Below, piece after piece: positions 30,978 to 32,803 of a DNA stretch of 32,803 bases. The position numbers were made by a program, and so were the translations under genes. How positions within the stretch are numbered: position 1 is the first letter of the stretch; each line of letters begins with the position of its first letter. The notes beneath the pieces are model-generated. The model had not been told where the DNA came from. It ran no database searches and saw nothing but the letters and a program-made list of their open reading frames with translations. The DNA lies in assembly GCA_001275005.1 (NCBI GenBank), contig JWZX01002788.1, positions 1 to 32,803 of the forward strand, given 5' to 3'. Source of the stretch: Chrysochromulina tobinii (Eukaryota).

Positions 30978-32749
30978 CTAAAGGAGCATGCTGGCCGCCT
31001 GGCGTCGGCTGCTCAGCTGCTCCTCGAGTGCCTTGAGAGTCGCCTCGCTGAGCAGCTCACAACCCTTGACGTCGCACGTGTGCAGCGCGCGGCATGCATC
31101 GACGACGACTCGCACGCACGCGTCGGGCAGGAGCTTGCACCCGCCGCAGAGCAGCGTGCCAAGCTTGGGGCATCCGATGTGCAGGCTCGCGAGCGCGGTG
31201 CTGTGCGTGAGGTTGAGCAGCTCGAGCGACGGGCAGAGCACCGTTACGCTCAGGAGGTGGACGCAGTTGTACAGGTGGAGGACACGTAACTTGTCGCACG
31301 CGAGCCGAGGCTCCCGCAGCAGCTTGCAGTCGGTCAGGTTGAGGCTCTCGAGCTGACGCGCCTCCGCCGCGAGAGCGCCCACGAGCGCGTCGTCCAGGGC
31401 ACCGCCCTTCTGGAGCTCGAGGGTGCCCAACACGGCGCATCGGAGGCTGGGTGCGCTCAAGCGCGTGCACCCGTACGCGAAGAGCGCGGTGAGCGCGCTG
31501 CACTCTAGCGAGAGGGTCTGCAGGTGCGTGCACCATCCGAGGTGAAGCGCCCGGAGCGAGGGCGACGAGAGGCGGAGCTCGAGGAGCTCACCTGTGGGGA
31601 GAGGGCGCGTCGTGGTGAGCACATGCATGCCGGGCGGGGGCGGGTGAGGTGCTTTTCGAGCCCCACGCACGGCAGCCAGAGAGGCGAAGCGTCTGCAGCC
31701 GCGGACAGCCCGAGAGCAGCCGTTGCGCCTGCGCCGCGGGGAGCGCCTGGCAGGCCGTTAGATCGAGCTCGGTGAGCTCAGCACAGTCGAGGGTAGGCTT
31801 GCACAGTAGCCTCGAGTAGGCCATGCTGAGCGAGCGGAGCGACGACGAGCGAACGAGCGGCGAGTGTAGCTGCTCCGTGCATGTAAAGTGGAGGGTACGC
31901 AGCCGCGTGCAGTGTAGCTGGGGCGAGGTGAGCTGTTCACACTCGATCCAGTGCACCTCGCACAGCGAGGCCGACTCGAGCAGCGGCGCCACGAGCCGCT
32001 GCCTCTCGAGCCGAAGCGAGCGTAATTGTGGGCAAGCCCGCGCAAGCACCGCCATCGAGGCGTCGGTGAGCCCGTCGGTGCGATACAGCCGGAGCGAGTG
32101 CAGCGTCGAGCACCCGCCAAGCATTTCACACCAGCGGGACCACGCAATCGCAGCGGCGGCGGCCGCGGCCGCGGCGGTGGCGCCACCGCCATCGCCTGTA
32201 ACGGTCGGGTTCGCCGCGCCGGCGGTGGTGGCAATATCATCATCATCGGCAGCAGCAGCAGTCGCCGCAGCAGTCGCAGGACCATTGTCTTCTTGAGGAA
32301 GGGGCGGCGGTGGCAGGTAGCCGCCCCCGACCGCGCCCGCCAGATCAAGGTAAGCGAGACGGGGTAGCAAGCTCAGCGGATGCCCGCGAGGTTCGTCACT
32401 GCGCGCGACCACCAGAGTTGGCGGCGGCGGCGGCGGCGGCACGGGCGCTGGTACGGGCGCCGCCGCCGCCTCGCGAGCCTGAGCCTGAGGGGTGGCTTCC
32501 TTATGGTGTGCAGCCGTGCCAGACGTGCGTGTGCGCTGGCGTTTCGTCGGGGCTTCGATCCCCGCCTCGAGGGCCTGCGCCTCCGAGATCTCCCGAGATC
32601 TCCCGAGGTCTCCCTCTTGGATCTGCGCCTCCGCCTCGCCATCGCCCGCATCGCTCCCGGCCGCACGAGCGGCGACGTCCCCCCTGTGACCGTTGCGGCC
32701 CGCAGCGGCGCTCGCCTTTCGACTCGAAGTCCGCGTGCCCACTGTCGGC

Positions 32750-32799
<50 letters not shown>

Positions 32800-32803
32800 G
32801 GCG
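30978..32803 (-). CDS. Cysteine-containing leucine-rich-repeat (FBXL/AMN1-like) protein, 5'-truncated; intron 31670-31592
   Basis: Repeats LxxLxLxxCxxL (LESLNLTDCKLL, LRVLHLYNCVHL, LTELDLTACQAL). C|GTGCGT...ccccacAG|GT joins GC-R-ELLELRL in frame. Confidence 0.85.

Overview
GC-rich, gene-dense eukaryotic nuclear DNA with spliceosomal introns. The composition and repeat-filled introns suggest a haptophyte alga such as Chrysochromulina (inference). About 13 protein-coding genes: two paralogous ankyrin-repeat genes about 24 kb apart (the complete copy is ANK x12 + IRAK/Pelle-like kinase + putative HEPN/DUF4145-like C-terminal domain, an RNase L-like architecture); a Kv-family channel with EF-hand pairs, an IQ motif and a non-canonical TLGYDG filter; a TMEM65-cNMP-binding fusion; a ShKT-prolyl 4-hydroxylase; a sulfatase-ricin lectin fusion; an F-box-ankyrin protein; a multi-EF-hand protein; a multi-TM/divergent P450 fusion; an SDR; a beta-propeller glycoside hydrolase-ankyrin fusion; an unknown membrane protein; an FKBP; and an LRR protein. 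Many introns contain duplicated copies of their own splice junctions or exon ends plus one of two shared 3'-splice cassettes, suggesting recent intron generation. Two tiny elements with microsatellite terminal inverted repeats and 8-9 bp target-site duplications are also present. All domain calls come from motifs read by eye, not from database searches.
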